Shown one piece after another: positions 36,602 through 44,035 of a stretch of 52,618 nt of DNA; the first letter of the stretch is position 1, and the number at the start of each line of letters is the position of its first letter. Source of the stretch: a virus. A model generated the notes under the pieces. That model was not told the DNA's origin, did no database searches, and worked only from the letters and a program-made list of their open reading frames with translations. The stretch covers positions 1 to 52,618 of IMG/VR virus record IMGVR_UViG_3300009826_000007. One strand, 5' to 3'. The position numbers and the translations under genes were made by a program.

Positions 36602-36754
36602 TCATTTGTTTTTTTCTAATTCTGTAATTTTCGTGTTAATATTAACTATTTCATTTTCAATGATTTCTTGCGTTTGTTGAATTTCTATAACAATCTTTTG
36701 AATTTCAAACATTCTTTCTAAAATACATATTACTTGTTTTTGCAAGTCGTACAT
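36602..36754 (-). CDS. 50-aa coiled-coil peptide (below cutoff)
   Basis: Translates as MYDLQKQVICILERMFEIQKIVIEIQQTQEIIENEIVNINTKITELEKNK. No clear RBS. Confidence 0.35.
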   Translation of the reverse strand: MYDLQKQVICILERMFEIQKIVIEIQQTQEIIENEIVNINTKITELEKNK

Positions 36755-36761
36755 TTGTAAA

Positions 36762-37118
36762 TTATACATTTAAAACCTCATCGCTATTTTGCTCAAAATT
36801 GCAATTTTCGCTTTCTGGTTCATCAATTGATGTACTTTTTTTTAAAATGTCAAGCATATTCTCGAAAATTTCAAAAATTTTACACAAATTGTAGTTTATT
36901 TCTTGAATCTCTACTTGCAAATCCTCAATTTTTTTTTCTTGTTTTGAAATAGTTCTAGTTACTTTTGCAATGTCTTTTCCAATTAACTCGCTATTAGCAA
37001 TCGCAAATTCAAGAGATTCTTGCCTTGCTTCCATTATTTGTGTTTGGTTTTTCATATACAACTTATTAATCGTAGAAGCGTAGGTTAAAACTTCATCAAT
37101 TTTTTTTCCATACCACAT
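36762..37118 (-). CDS. Coiled-coil protein (118 aa)
   Basis: ORF with heptad-like character. Confidence 0.55.
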   Translation of the reverse strand: MWYGKKIDEVLTYASTINKLYMKNQTQIMEARQESLEFAIANSELIGKDIAKVTRTISKQEKKIEDLQVEIQEINYNLCKIFEIFENMLDILKKSTSIDEPESENCNFEQNSDEVLNV

Positions 37119-37136
37119 GATTAATTTTGTCCTCTA

Positions 37137-37835
37137 CTATTTGGCTGATTCCCCGTAAAGTTCATTTGCTAGTTTGATGTACAAAAAATATTCGTCAATA
37201 TATTTTTCTGCATTAGCCTCTTTTGCTATAGCTTTATAAGATTTTAACCATTCTTCAAGTGTGTGAATTTGACATCCAATTTTCAACTTGTTTCTGGATA
37301 CCATACATACAGACATCCTTGAGCCTTGAATATACAAGGGGGAAGTTCTCCATATGTCCTTATTCACCCACGCCGAGCCGGTTACATACGTCGAGTCGCA
37401 TATACGCGCCGAGCCGAATACACGCGCTGAACCGGATATACGCGCCAAGTCGGATACACGCGCCAAGTCGGATACACGCGCCGAACCGAATACACGCGCC
37501 GAACCGAATACACGCGCCGAACCGAATACATGCGCCAAACCGGATACACGCGCCGAACCGGATACACGTGCAAAGTCGGATACATGTGCCAAGTCGGATA
37601 CATGTGCCGAGTCGGATACACACGCCGATTTGGTTGCAACCGCTAAATTGGATACAACCCCATCATCAGCAACCCATGCTTTATCTAACAAATTGTATTC
37701 GGATTCAATCCAACCGCCAATATCTCCGGCACTAATCGTAAAAGCCCCATTTTCAAATGAATTTACGCATCTAATGCGCTGCACTAGTCTCCCATTTACT
37801 TCTTTAGTTTCGCCCGTAAACTCCCATTTTTTCAT
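37137..37835 (-). CDS. Beta-helix (hexapeptide-repeat) protein, paralog 1
   Basis: The N-domain is MKKWEFTGETKEVNGRLVQRIRCVNSFEN...GDIGGWIESEYNL. About 15 hexapeptides follow (GSARVF, GSARVS, DLARVS...). The C-domain is unique (PLYIQGSRMSV...IGCQIHTLEEW). Confidence 0.8.
   Translation of the reverse strand: MKKWEFTGETKEVNGRLVQRIRCVNSFENGAFTISAGDIGGWIESEYNLLDKAWVADDGVVSNLAVATKSACVSDSAHVSDLAHVSDFARVSGSARVSGLAHVFGSARVFGSARVFGSARVSDLARVSDLARISGSARVFGSARICDSTYVTGSAWVNKDIWRTSPLYIQGSRMSVCMVSRNKLKIGCQIHTLEEWLKSYKAIAKEANAEKYIDEYFLYIKLANELYGESAK
37369..37638. repeat. About 15 tandem 18-bp repeats (cgcgccgaaccgaataca-type) encoding the hexapeptide beta-helix
   Basis: Units were read off at 18-bp steps from 37369. 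Three consecutive units are identical (37477-37530). Confidence 0.9.
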
Positions 37836-37963
37836 TTTTTCAACCTGTCGAGCTGCTCAAAATGTGTATGCGGTTCTGAAAACGATTTGCATTTTTCGCA
37901 TTTAGTCATTCCGCGCAATGCCATTTTTTTAGCATAGCAGATTAAATCTTCAATTCTTTTCAT
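37832..37963 (-). CDS. 43-aa protein coupled between the methyltransferase and beta-helix genes
   Basis: Translates as MKRIEDLICYAKKMALRGMTKCEKCKSFSEPHTHFEQLDRLKK. There are ATGA overlaps at both ends. Confidence 0.5.
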   Translation of the reverse strand: MKRIEDLICYAKKMALRGMTKCEKCKSFSEPHTHFEQLDRLKK

Positions 37964-38544
37964 ATACCACAATTCCTTTCTACTTCTGCAATTGCCGCTA
38001 AAATCGGGTATATTTGCTGTGGTACAACGGCGTTGCCCACAAAAAATACTCGTGATCGTCTGTGGGGCGCTCCGACAGCCGCAGCCTCATAATTAAAAAT
38101 CCCGATGTCATAGCCTTCACGTTCCAAATCCTGACAAATTGTGTCCCCGGCAATTGGCAAAATTCCAGGTACGTTTTCAACCAATACCCAATGCGGCGCA
38201 AATTCCCGGATAATTCTGCACATTTCTGGCCATAAATAACGTCCATCCCCTTTTCCCTTTTGTTTTCCTGCCACGGAAAAGGGGGTGCATGGTGGGCCTC
38301 CGGAAATAATGTCAACTGTTCGGGAACCTGTTCGTTTGTAAAATGATTCTGCTGTGACATCTTTTATGTTCCTCCACCGCGGCACATTCGGCCAATGTTT
38401 TTCTAAAATTTTTGTCGGATAATCGGAAATTTCACATTGTCCAACAGTTTTAAAACCTGCCCATTCAGCGGCAATGTCAATGCCTCCAATGCCCGAAAAA
38501 AGGCTAAAATGTGTTAGTTTTTCCTGATTCATAAACATCACCAC
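37960..38544 (-). CDS. DNA (cytosine-5) methyltransferase catalytic core lacking a target-recognition domain
   Basis: Motifs seen are FSGIGG (I), GGPPCTPFS (IV), ENVPG (VI), and HRRSRVFFVG (VIII) running straight into GNAVVPQ (X). The protein is only 194 aa. Confidence 0.8.
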   Translation of the reverse strand: MVMFMNQEKLTHFSLFSGIGGIDIAAEWAGFKTVGQCEISDYPTKILEKHWPNVPRWRNIKDVTAESFYKRTGSRTVDIISGGPPCTPFSVAGKQKGKGDGRYLWPEMCRIIREFAPHWVLVENVPGILPIAGDTICQDLEREGYDIGIFNYEAAAVGAPHRRSRVFFVGNAVVPQQIYPILAAIAEVERNCGI

Positions 38545-38629
38545 ACTTTTGTATTTTCATAAATCGTCTACTCTTTCTCTACTGGAATCCATTTGTATTA
38601 TATAACTTTCATTTTTTGGCCTATAATTA

Positions 38630-38998
38630 TTAGTCTCCTTTTTTTCTGCTATATTTTTCACGATATTCCTTTTGTTGTTTGCGTATTTTTTCGGTGTTTT
38701 TTAAGTAATATTCCCGCTGATATTGTAATATTTGTTCTTTGTTTTTTTCATAACGCGCCCTGTTATATGCAGAATTTTTGTTTTTTCGTGTTTTTTGATG
38801 TGCTAAAATTCGTGTGCGATTTTCGTTATAATATTGTCTATTGCGTTCTGAAATTCGCGCTTTATTGCGCTCATAATATTCCTTTTTTTTCTGCCTGACC
38901 CTATCGCGATTTGCGACATAATAGGCCTTATAGTATTGCAATCTCTTAGTTTTAGATATTCTTGCCAATATCATTTGCACATCCATAACGGCGCTCAA
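38630..38998 (-). CDS. Basic repeat protein (YY-x-N-K/R periodic repeats)
   Basis: KEYYERNKARISERNRQYYNENRTRI...REYYLKNTEKIRKQQKEY. Confidence 0.6.
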   Translation of the reverse strand: MSAVMDVQMILARISKTKRLQYYKAYYVANRDRVRQKKKEYYERNKARISERNRQYYNENRTRILAHQKTRKNKNSAYNRARYEKNKEQILQYQREYYLKNTEKIRKQQKEYREKYSRKKGD

Positions 38999-39519
38999 AC
39001 CTCCCGGAAATCAATGTCTGGATTCTGAAACTCAAATAGGTTCCTTTTGACCACATATGTCCGATTTTTCGCAGTTATAGGACTTTTTACATCCTCGACA
39101 ACAACTTTTTTTCCCTGGAAATATTCAAAATCAGCGGAATAGGTCACCGCCCGGCGTTTGTCTGTTTTTGGCACAATTACAAATTTTGGATGTGTTTTTA
39201 AATTAGATATTACGCCGTCCGCTTCCAACAATTTTAGTTCTTGATACCTGTTGGCCTCCTTTTTTGATGCAAATGTTATACCATCTATTACCATTTCAAC
39301 ATTCCTATATTTTTTTGGCATGTTTGACCGCCTCTTTCCCAACTTTCTCTCAATTTCATCATGTAATATTAAATACAATATGCATTTTTTGCTTAATTGT
39401 TGGTAAATTTCTTCTATTTCTTCTTGCTGATACCTGTCTTCTTTGCTATTTTCGGGGAAATTGTGTCCAATAAACCAAATGTCAATATCGCATAACATAT
39501 TTTCAAAATATATTTTCAT
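38995..39519 (-). CDS. DUF1064-like nuclease (putative resolvase)
   Basis: GITFASKKEANRYQELKLLEADGVISNL...YSADFEYF...VVEDVKS...YVVKRNLF matches the DUF1064 pattern as I recall it. The true start may be the internal MPKKYRN. Confidence 0.65.
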   Translation of the reverse strand: MKIYFENMLCDIDIWFIGHNFPENSKEDRYQQEEIEEIYQQLSKKCILYLILHDEIERKLGKRRSNMPKKYRNVEMVIDGITFASKKEANRYQELKLLEADGVISNLKTHPKFVIVPKTDKRRAVTYSADFEYFQGKKVVVEDVKSPITAKNRTYVVKRNLFEFQNPDIDFREV

Positions 39520-39539
39520 ATATTTTCCCTTTCCAAATT

Positions 39540-39758
39540 TTAACTCTTACAAACGCCCTCCAATTGCTCGTATGTTGCCAGGTATAACCGCCCGCTTTCT
39601 TCCAAAAATTGGTTACGTAGGCTTTGAAATTTCATGTCAAAATCAATCAAAATATTTCTTATCTCATCCGGCGTGTATTGGTATGTTACATTTTCAAACC
39701 TGCCAATATTTTCAAATGTTATCATAATTTCACTCCCTGTTTTCATTCTAACTGGCAT
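39540..39758 (-). CDS. Hypothetical (72 aa)
   Basis: GGGAG RBS. It is the first ORF after the 330-nt leader. Confidence 0.5.
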   Translation of the reverse strand: MPVRMKTGSEIMITFENIGRFENVTYQYTPDEIRNILIDFDMKFQSLRNQFLEESGRLYLATYEQLEGVCKS

Positions 39759-40071
39759 TGAGACGCTCTATTTTGCGTTTTAAACCTCGTCTAACTTGCT
39801 TAACGTGATTTCCATACAAATAAACTCGGAAGCGCTGGAAAGCCCTTTTATTCGCGTCTGATAGCACAAACAAATTTATGTAGTCAATTCGATTCTCTTA
39901 TTGCCCTATGGCTCTGTGACCCTTTCTAAACTTTTCGGGATGCTATCACGCATATAGCGCTGAAACACATTTATTTACGTTTTAAACCATGTTAAACACG
40001 TTAGACGTAATTTTGCACACAAAATATTAGGGACGCTCAAACCCCCCCTTTATTCGCATCTGGAGGCATAT

Positions 40072-40220
40072 GTGCAGCGCCTGGTTTGGACACGCTGCAA
40101 CTGTTCTAATGTTTCGCGATGTCGTTCAACATCCATTGACACCATTGTATACCATAAATAAAATGGTGTCAAGCGTTTTTTTTAAAAAAATTAACTTTTT
40201 TTGCTGGAAATTTTTTGAAG
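40072..40220 (-). promoter_or_regulatory. Repeat cassette copy 1 (palindromic promoter/operator plus leader hairpin)
   Basis: - The core 40118-40202 is identical to the other two copies.
- Inverted repeat ttgacaccatt (40136-40146) / aatggtgtcaa (40162-40172).
- Minus strand TTGACA-17-TACAAT; plus strand TTGACA-17-TAAAAT.
- GC hairpin gcagcg...cgctgc. Confidence 0.7.
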
Positions 40221-40227
40221 GATTTTT

Positions 40228-41124
40228 TTATGCGTCCAAAAGTTCAAGCAATGCCTTTTTGTTTTCCATGCCATTGTGAATGCGCCAACTTTTTCCAGTA
40301 ACTTCAAAATTCGCACAAATTTCGACAATCCGATTGTAAATTCTGTCGGATGTATCGCGTTTACCGGTTCGTGCATCCACTATGGATAAATTTTCCCGCA
40401 ACTCGTTTAGATCCAAATTGGTTGTGACGATAAGCGGTTTTTTTGCCCGTGAGCGTGTATCTATAACACTGTAAATTTTTTCATATGACCAATATGATTT
40501 TTGTTCAATGCCTAAATCATCCAAAATTAGAAGTTCGGCATCGCGGATCGCGTTAAGTATTTCAATCTCTCGGACATTTTCATTACTGCCATATTTTACA
40601 TAACCGTCCTGAATGATTTTTAAAATTCTGCCTGCAGAAATAGCCAAAACTGTTACGCCTCGTCGGTGCAGTTCGTTAGCAATTGAATACGATAAATATG
40701 TTTTTCCATTGCCGGATACACCATGCAAAAGTAACCCGCGATTATTGGCAAAAATTTCAGGCCATTTATCACAATATTTTTTCCCGATGTCGTAGAGTTT
40801 TTGATTGTCCCTAAAAATCCAATTGTCAAAGGTTGAGTTCTTAAAATTTTTGTCCGCAAGCGAATATTCACGATAACGATCCAATTTTCTGTCAAAATCC
40901 CGTTGCGCTGTTATTCGCCTGATTTCGTCAAATTCTGCCCGCTGACATTCACATGCAATTCTCATTCTGCGAATAAAATCACCAATTTTGATGTCTGTTT
41001 GCATCGGTTTAAGGCATTCGTCACAAATTTCAATCGGTTTGTTAAATTTTTGTTGATGTGATACATGCATATTCATCTGGTTCATTATTGGCATTTCTGC
41101 CAGAATTGCTCCCACCGAATTCAT
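40228..41124 (-). CDS. DnaC/IstB-like helicase-loader ATPase
   Basis: Walker A is LLLHGVSGNGKT and Walker B is ELLILDDLG. The N-terminus has Cys pairs. The start is uncertain because it overlaps the upstream gene. Confidence 0.8.
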   Translation of the reverse strand: MNSVGAILAEMPIMNQMNMHVSHQQKFNKPIEICDECLKPMQTDIKIGDFIRRMRIACECQRAEFDEIRRITAQRDFDRKLDRYREYSLADKNFKNSTFDNWIFRDNQKLYDIGKKYCDKWPEIFANNRGLLLHGVSGNGKTYLSYSIANELHRRGVTVLAISAGRILKIIQDGYVKYGSNENVREIEILNAIRDAELLILDDLGIEQKSYWSYEKIYSVIDTRSRAKKPLIVTTNLDLNELRENLSIVDARTGKRDTSDRIYNRIVEICANFEVTGKSWRIHNGMENKKALLELLDA

Positions 41125-41923
41125 ATACTTTTCCTCCTTTTGTTTTTATTTGATCCCAAACAATACCCTGCCAATTATTGGACATGCAATTATTAATGGC
41201 ATCAATAACGGCATTTTCCCCAAAATCGGCGGCGTTTTTCTGGATTTTATTTAACAACGATTTTAATCCCGTGGGTTTGTACGCTAAATTTTTTTCGGTT
41301 TTATATTGCAAAAAATTATCCACAGCATCGCCTAACGAATCGCTAAAAACGTAATTATTGCGTATGTCCGCAGTCTTTTCTTTGTCTTTTTTTGGAAAAT
41401 TTTTAGGTTTATTCTCCCTCCCCCCCCCAAGGGGTTTATCTTTAATATCTAAACCTAAACCTAAACCTAAACCTAAACCTGGGGCCCCCATTCCGGTTCC
41501 ATGTTGGTTCCATTCTGGTTCCATTCCGGTTCCATCCTGTCCCCATTCCGGTTCCATTCCGGTTCCATGTTTTAAATAATAACAACCTTCAATTTCATGC
41601 AATAATTTTTTTTCGTTTTGGTGTATGGTCGGGTTATATCGGTCTTTTTTTATATAATTGTGTTGCTTCCAGTGCGAAATAACAACAACTCCGCTGTTTA
41701 AACCGTGGTCATCGAATGAAATAATAAAATTTTTATCAGCTAACACTTTCAGGTCATCACTATTCGCCCCAATCATACGGGCAATGGCTTTTGCGTTTCC
41801 TAAAAAACCATCGTCATCGGCCCGCATGTTTAGATCATAATATAATAAACGTGCAGCCATCGGCATATCCATAAAATCATCTGTGTTAATTTTATCCTTT
41901 GCGATCATCCGTCTACCTGCCAT
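41042..41923 (-). CDS. Replication initiator / replisome organizer (DnaD-like C-terminal domain)
   Basis: The N-domain is MIAKDKINTDDFMDMPMAARLLYYDLNMRADDDGF. A repetitive linker follows (GTGMEPEW repeats, GLGLGLGLGL). The C-terminus is AVIDAINNCMSNNWQGIVWD. It lies upstream of the DnaC-like gene. Confidence 0.7.
   Translation of the reverse strand: MAGRRMIAKDKINTDDFMDMPMAARLLYYDLNMRADDDGFLGNAKAIARMIGANSDDLKVLADKNFIISFDDHGLNSGVVVISHWKQHNYIKKDRYNPTIHQNEKKLLHEIEGCYYLKHGTGMEPEWGQDGTGMEPEWNQHGTGMGAPGLGLGLGLGLDIKDKPLGGGRENKPKNFPKKDKEKTADIRNNYVFSDSLGDAVDNFLQYKTEKNLAYKPTGLKSLLNKIQKNAADFGENAVIDAINNCMSNNWQGIVWDQIKTKGGKVYEFGGSNSGRNANNEPDEYACITSTKI
41495..41566. repeat. Iteron array 1: GGTTCC at exact 11-bp phasing inside the organizer gene
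   Basis: GGTTCC occurs at 41495, 41506, 41517, 41528, 41550 and 41561. A degenerate GTCCCC occupies 41539. Confidence 0.9.
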
Positions 41924-42159
41924 TATTCACCTCGATTTGTCCACAATTTGCGTAGTTCATAGGTTTTTAACCATGCCACAATTCTACCGGGTTTATCGGC
42001 ACCCCCCGGCCATCCATATAATTCGCAATTTGCTAGGTATTCTTGCATTTTCTCAACTGGTAAAATTTCCAATGTAAAACCCCCATAGTTATCCAAAATA
42101 GAACCGCGTTGCGTCCAATGTTTCCTCCAAATATTCCTCCAATTCCCACGGAATGCCAT
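41923..42159 (-). CDS. Hypothetical; probably shorter (internal Met at 42048)
   Basis: The track ORF overlaps the upstream gene by 71 nt. Starting at MQEYLANCELYGWPGG removes the overlap. Confidence 0.4.
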   Translation of the reverse strand: MAFRGNWRNIWRKHWTQRGSILDNYGGFTLEILPVEKMQEYLANCELYGWPGGADKPGRIVAWLKTYELRKLWTNRGE

Positions 42160-42436
42160 TGTCTATGCTGAAAACGCAAACATCACCTTCGACACAATTA
42201 TCAATTATTGATGAATCTGCACAACATTTTCTTAACAATTCTCTCAGTTTGCCTCTATCTTTTGTTTTTGTCGCGATACAATTATCGCCTATTTGAAAAT
42301 CTTCACCCACCAATCCAACTCCTACATCTTTCAAATACTTATAGATTTCGCGTACTGACATATCGGCCAAATCATCATTTTGAATGATGTAGCAGGACGA
42401 TGAGGAATTTGTCACAAAATCATGTCTGTATTTCAA
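42089..42436 (-). CDS. Acidic 115-aa protein with a TNSSSS motif; homologous to the C-domain of beta-helix paralog 2
   Basis: CYIIQNDDLADMSVREI...EGDVCVF...YLEETLDATRFYFG aligns with CYIIKDEYFANMSLREI...NGDVCIF...YLMESWGATQYCFG. Confidence 0.65.
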   Translation of the reverse strand: MKYRHDFVTNSSSSCYIIQNDDLADMSVREIYKYLKDVGVGLVGEDFQIGDNCIATKTKDRGKLRELLRKCCADSSIIDNCVEGDVCVFSIDNGIPWELEEYLEETLDATRFYFG

Positions 42437-42614
42437 TTTCTTGATCCTCCACGCTGTCCACGGTGGGATATCCGACCTTTAATAATGCTTGATAAATTTG
42501 GAATGACATAGAAGCACCGTGCGAATCTTTTCGTTTTTTCAATTCGTTTAACATACTCATAGGCAACCAGATTGACGTTCTTTTCTTGCCCGCGCATTCT
42601 TGTTTGTTTGTCAT
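42420..42614 (-). CDS. Ribbon-helix-helix (CopG/Arc-like) DNA-binding protein
   Basis: KRTSIWLPMSMLNELKKRKDSHGASMSFQIYQALLK fits a beta strand followed by two helices. Confidence 0.6.
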   Translation of the reverse strand: MTNKQECAGKKRTSIWLPMSMLNELKKRKDSHGASMSFQIYQALLKVGYPTVDSVEDQEIEIQT

Positions 42615-42631
42615 TTATAACACTCCTTTCA

Positions 42632-42871
42632 TCAATCATCCTGCGGCATTTGAAAATATTGGGTGTCCGTGGAAGACAACCAGGCGGCCAACTCGTCCAT
42701 TACTTTTTTCGTGGTGGTTACGTCATCGTAACAACCCAGAAAATGTCTTTCTTTTTCACCAAAATAGATGTGAATGAAAAAATCGCTATTTATGGACGGC
42801 ATCACTACAATGTTTGTAAATTTGCGTATTGGAATAATTTGACTTTTGTCCTGTGTAAATATTGTTCTCAT
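42632..42871 (-). CDS. Hypothetical (79 aa)
   Basis: AAGGAG lies 5 nt before ATG 42871. The track start is 42889. Confidence 0.55.
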   Translation of the reverse strand: MRTIFTQDKSQIIPIRKFTNIVVMPSINSDFFIHIYFGEKERHFLGCYDDVTTTKKVMDELAAWLSSTDTQYFQMPQDD

Positions 42872-42978
42872 TTTTTCTCCTTTTTTCACTTTTTTTTAAA
42901 ATGTGAAGCCCCAGCCGGGGTTGTCCCCACAGGGGGGGGACGCGCCGGGGCTTTTCCTTCGCCTTTAAATTTTCAATG

Positions 42979-43857
42979 TTATCCAAAACAATATTGTGTT
43001 GCGCCCCACGATTCCATCAAATAATTATTAACATCGCCAAATGTGTATTCGGCTGGATTAAAAATACAAACATCGCCATTTTCGCAGAAACTAAGTATCA
43101 CATCGATGTCGTCATCACTGCCACCATATTGGTGAATTAATTTAATTAAATTTTTCTTGTATTTCATTCGCGTTACAAAGTACAAGTAATCCATTTTGTA
43201 TCCTGTTAATGTTTCGCATTGCTTCGCGTCATAACCTGTTAATGCTTCGACTGCAAAATGCTTTCGGATTTCACGCAATGACATATTTGCAAAATACTCG
43301 TCTTTGATTATATAACATTTTGATTTTTGCGCGGGTTCAGCGCCCAGAGATGTTTCCGGCGTATCATCATCATCGGACACCCGCATATTACCGCACACCT
43401 GCATGTTTCCGCATATTTCCGCATGGCCGAACACCACGCCATTATTACACACCACTGCATTACCATATACCTGTGAATCCCCGTACACCTGCGAATCCCC
43501 GTACACCTGCGAATCCCCGTACACCATTGAATTATTACGTACCACCGCATTATCGAAAACCCACGCATAATCGAAAACCTGCGAACAATCGCGTACCTGC
43601 GCATCACCGCACACCCACGAATCACCGCGTATCCACGCATCACCGGACGCTATCGCGTTATCGAACACACACGCATCACCGGACACCCACGCATTTTCAA
43701 TTAAATTGTCCTCAGACTCGATCCAACCGCCTATTTCCCCGGTATCAACAGTTACATTTTTATTTTCAAATGAATTTACGCATATAATGCGCTGCAATGT
43801 TCTGCCATCTAATTTTTTTGTTTCGCCCGTGAATTCCCAATTTTTCATTTTCGCCAT
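42979..43857 (-). CDS. Beta-helix (hexapeptide-repeat) protein, paralog 2
   Basis: The real start is MAKMKNWEFTGETKKLDGRTLQRIICVNSFEN, after AAAAGGAG. The track ORF runs upstream through the promoter cassette. Hexapeptides include VYGDSQ x3. Confidence 0.8.
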   Translation of the reverse strand: MAKMKNWEFTGETKKLDGRTLQRIICVNSFENKNVTVDTGEIGGWIESEDNLIENAWVSGDACVFDNAIASGDAWIRGDSWVCGDAQVRDCSQVFDYAWVFDNAVVRNNSMVYGDSQVYGDSQVYGDSQVYGNAVVCNNGVVFGHAEICGNMQVCGNMRVSDDDDTPETSLGAEPAQKSKCYIIKDEYFANMSLREIRKHFAVEALTGYDAKQCETLTGYKMDYLYFVTRMKYKKNLIKLIHQYGGSDDDIDVILSFCENGDVCIFNPAEYTFGDVNNYLMESWGATQYCFG

Positions 43858-43888
43858 TTTATTTTCTCCTTTTCTCATCCTTATGTGT

Positions 43889-44025
43889 GGTGCAGCGCTA
43901 GGTTTGACACGCTGCACCTGTTCGCGATGTCGTTCAACATCCATTGACACCATTGTATACCATAAATAAAATGGTGTCAAGCGTTTTTTTTAAAAAAATT
44001 AACTTTTTTTGCTGGAAATTTTTTG
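43889..44025 (-). promoter_or_regulatory. Repeat cassette copy 2
   Basis: The core 43926-44010 is identical to the other copies. The inverted repeat is at 43944-43954 / 43970-43980. It lies 32 nt upstream of ATG 43857. Confidence 0.75.
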
Positions 44026-44035
44026 CTGGTTTGTT

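Noticed and set aside
37259-37905. Multiple ORFs in several frames over the 18-bp repeats (37259..37735, 37354..37905, 37360..37623, 37382..37639; likewise 43308..43643 and 43320..43787)
   Set aside because: Tandem 18-bp repeats keep several frames open. Only the minus-strand frame that gives the conserved N-domain plus hexapeptides has an RBS and paralog support.
37998-38360. The 120-aa alternative-frame ORF inside the methyltransferase, which superficially recalls methyltransferase-associated sequences (LTLFPE...LWATP)
   Set aside because: It fully overlaps the frame that encodes unmistakable motifs IV-VIII. The resemblance comes from my memory only and is probably coincidental.
37369-43700. 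Diversity-generating retroelement (template/variable repeat) explanation for the repetitive beta-helix genes
   Set aside because: No reverse transcriptase ORF exists anywhere in the window. The repeats are in-frame tandem units, not a TR/VR pair that differs at adenines.
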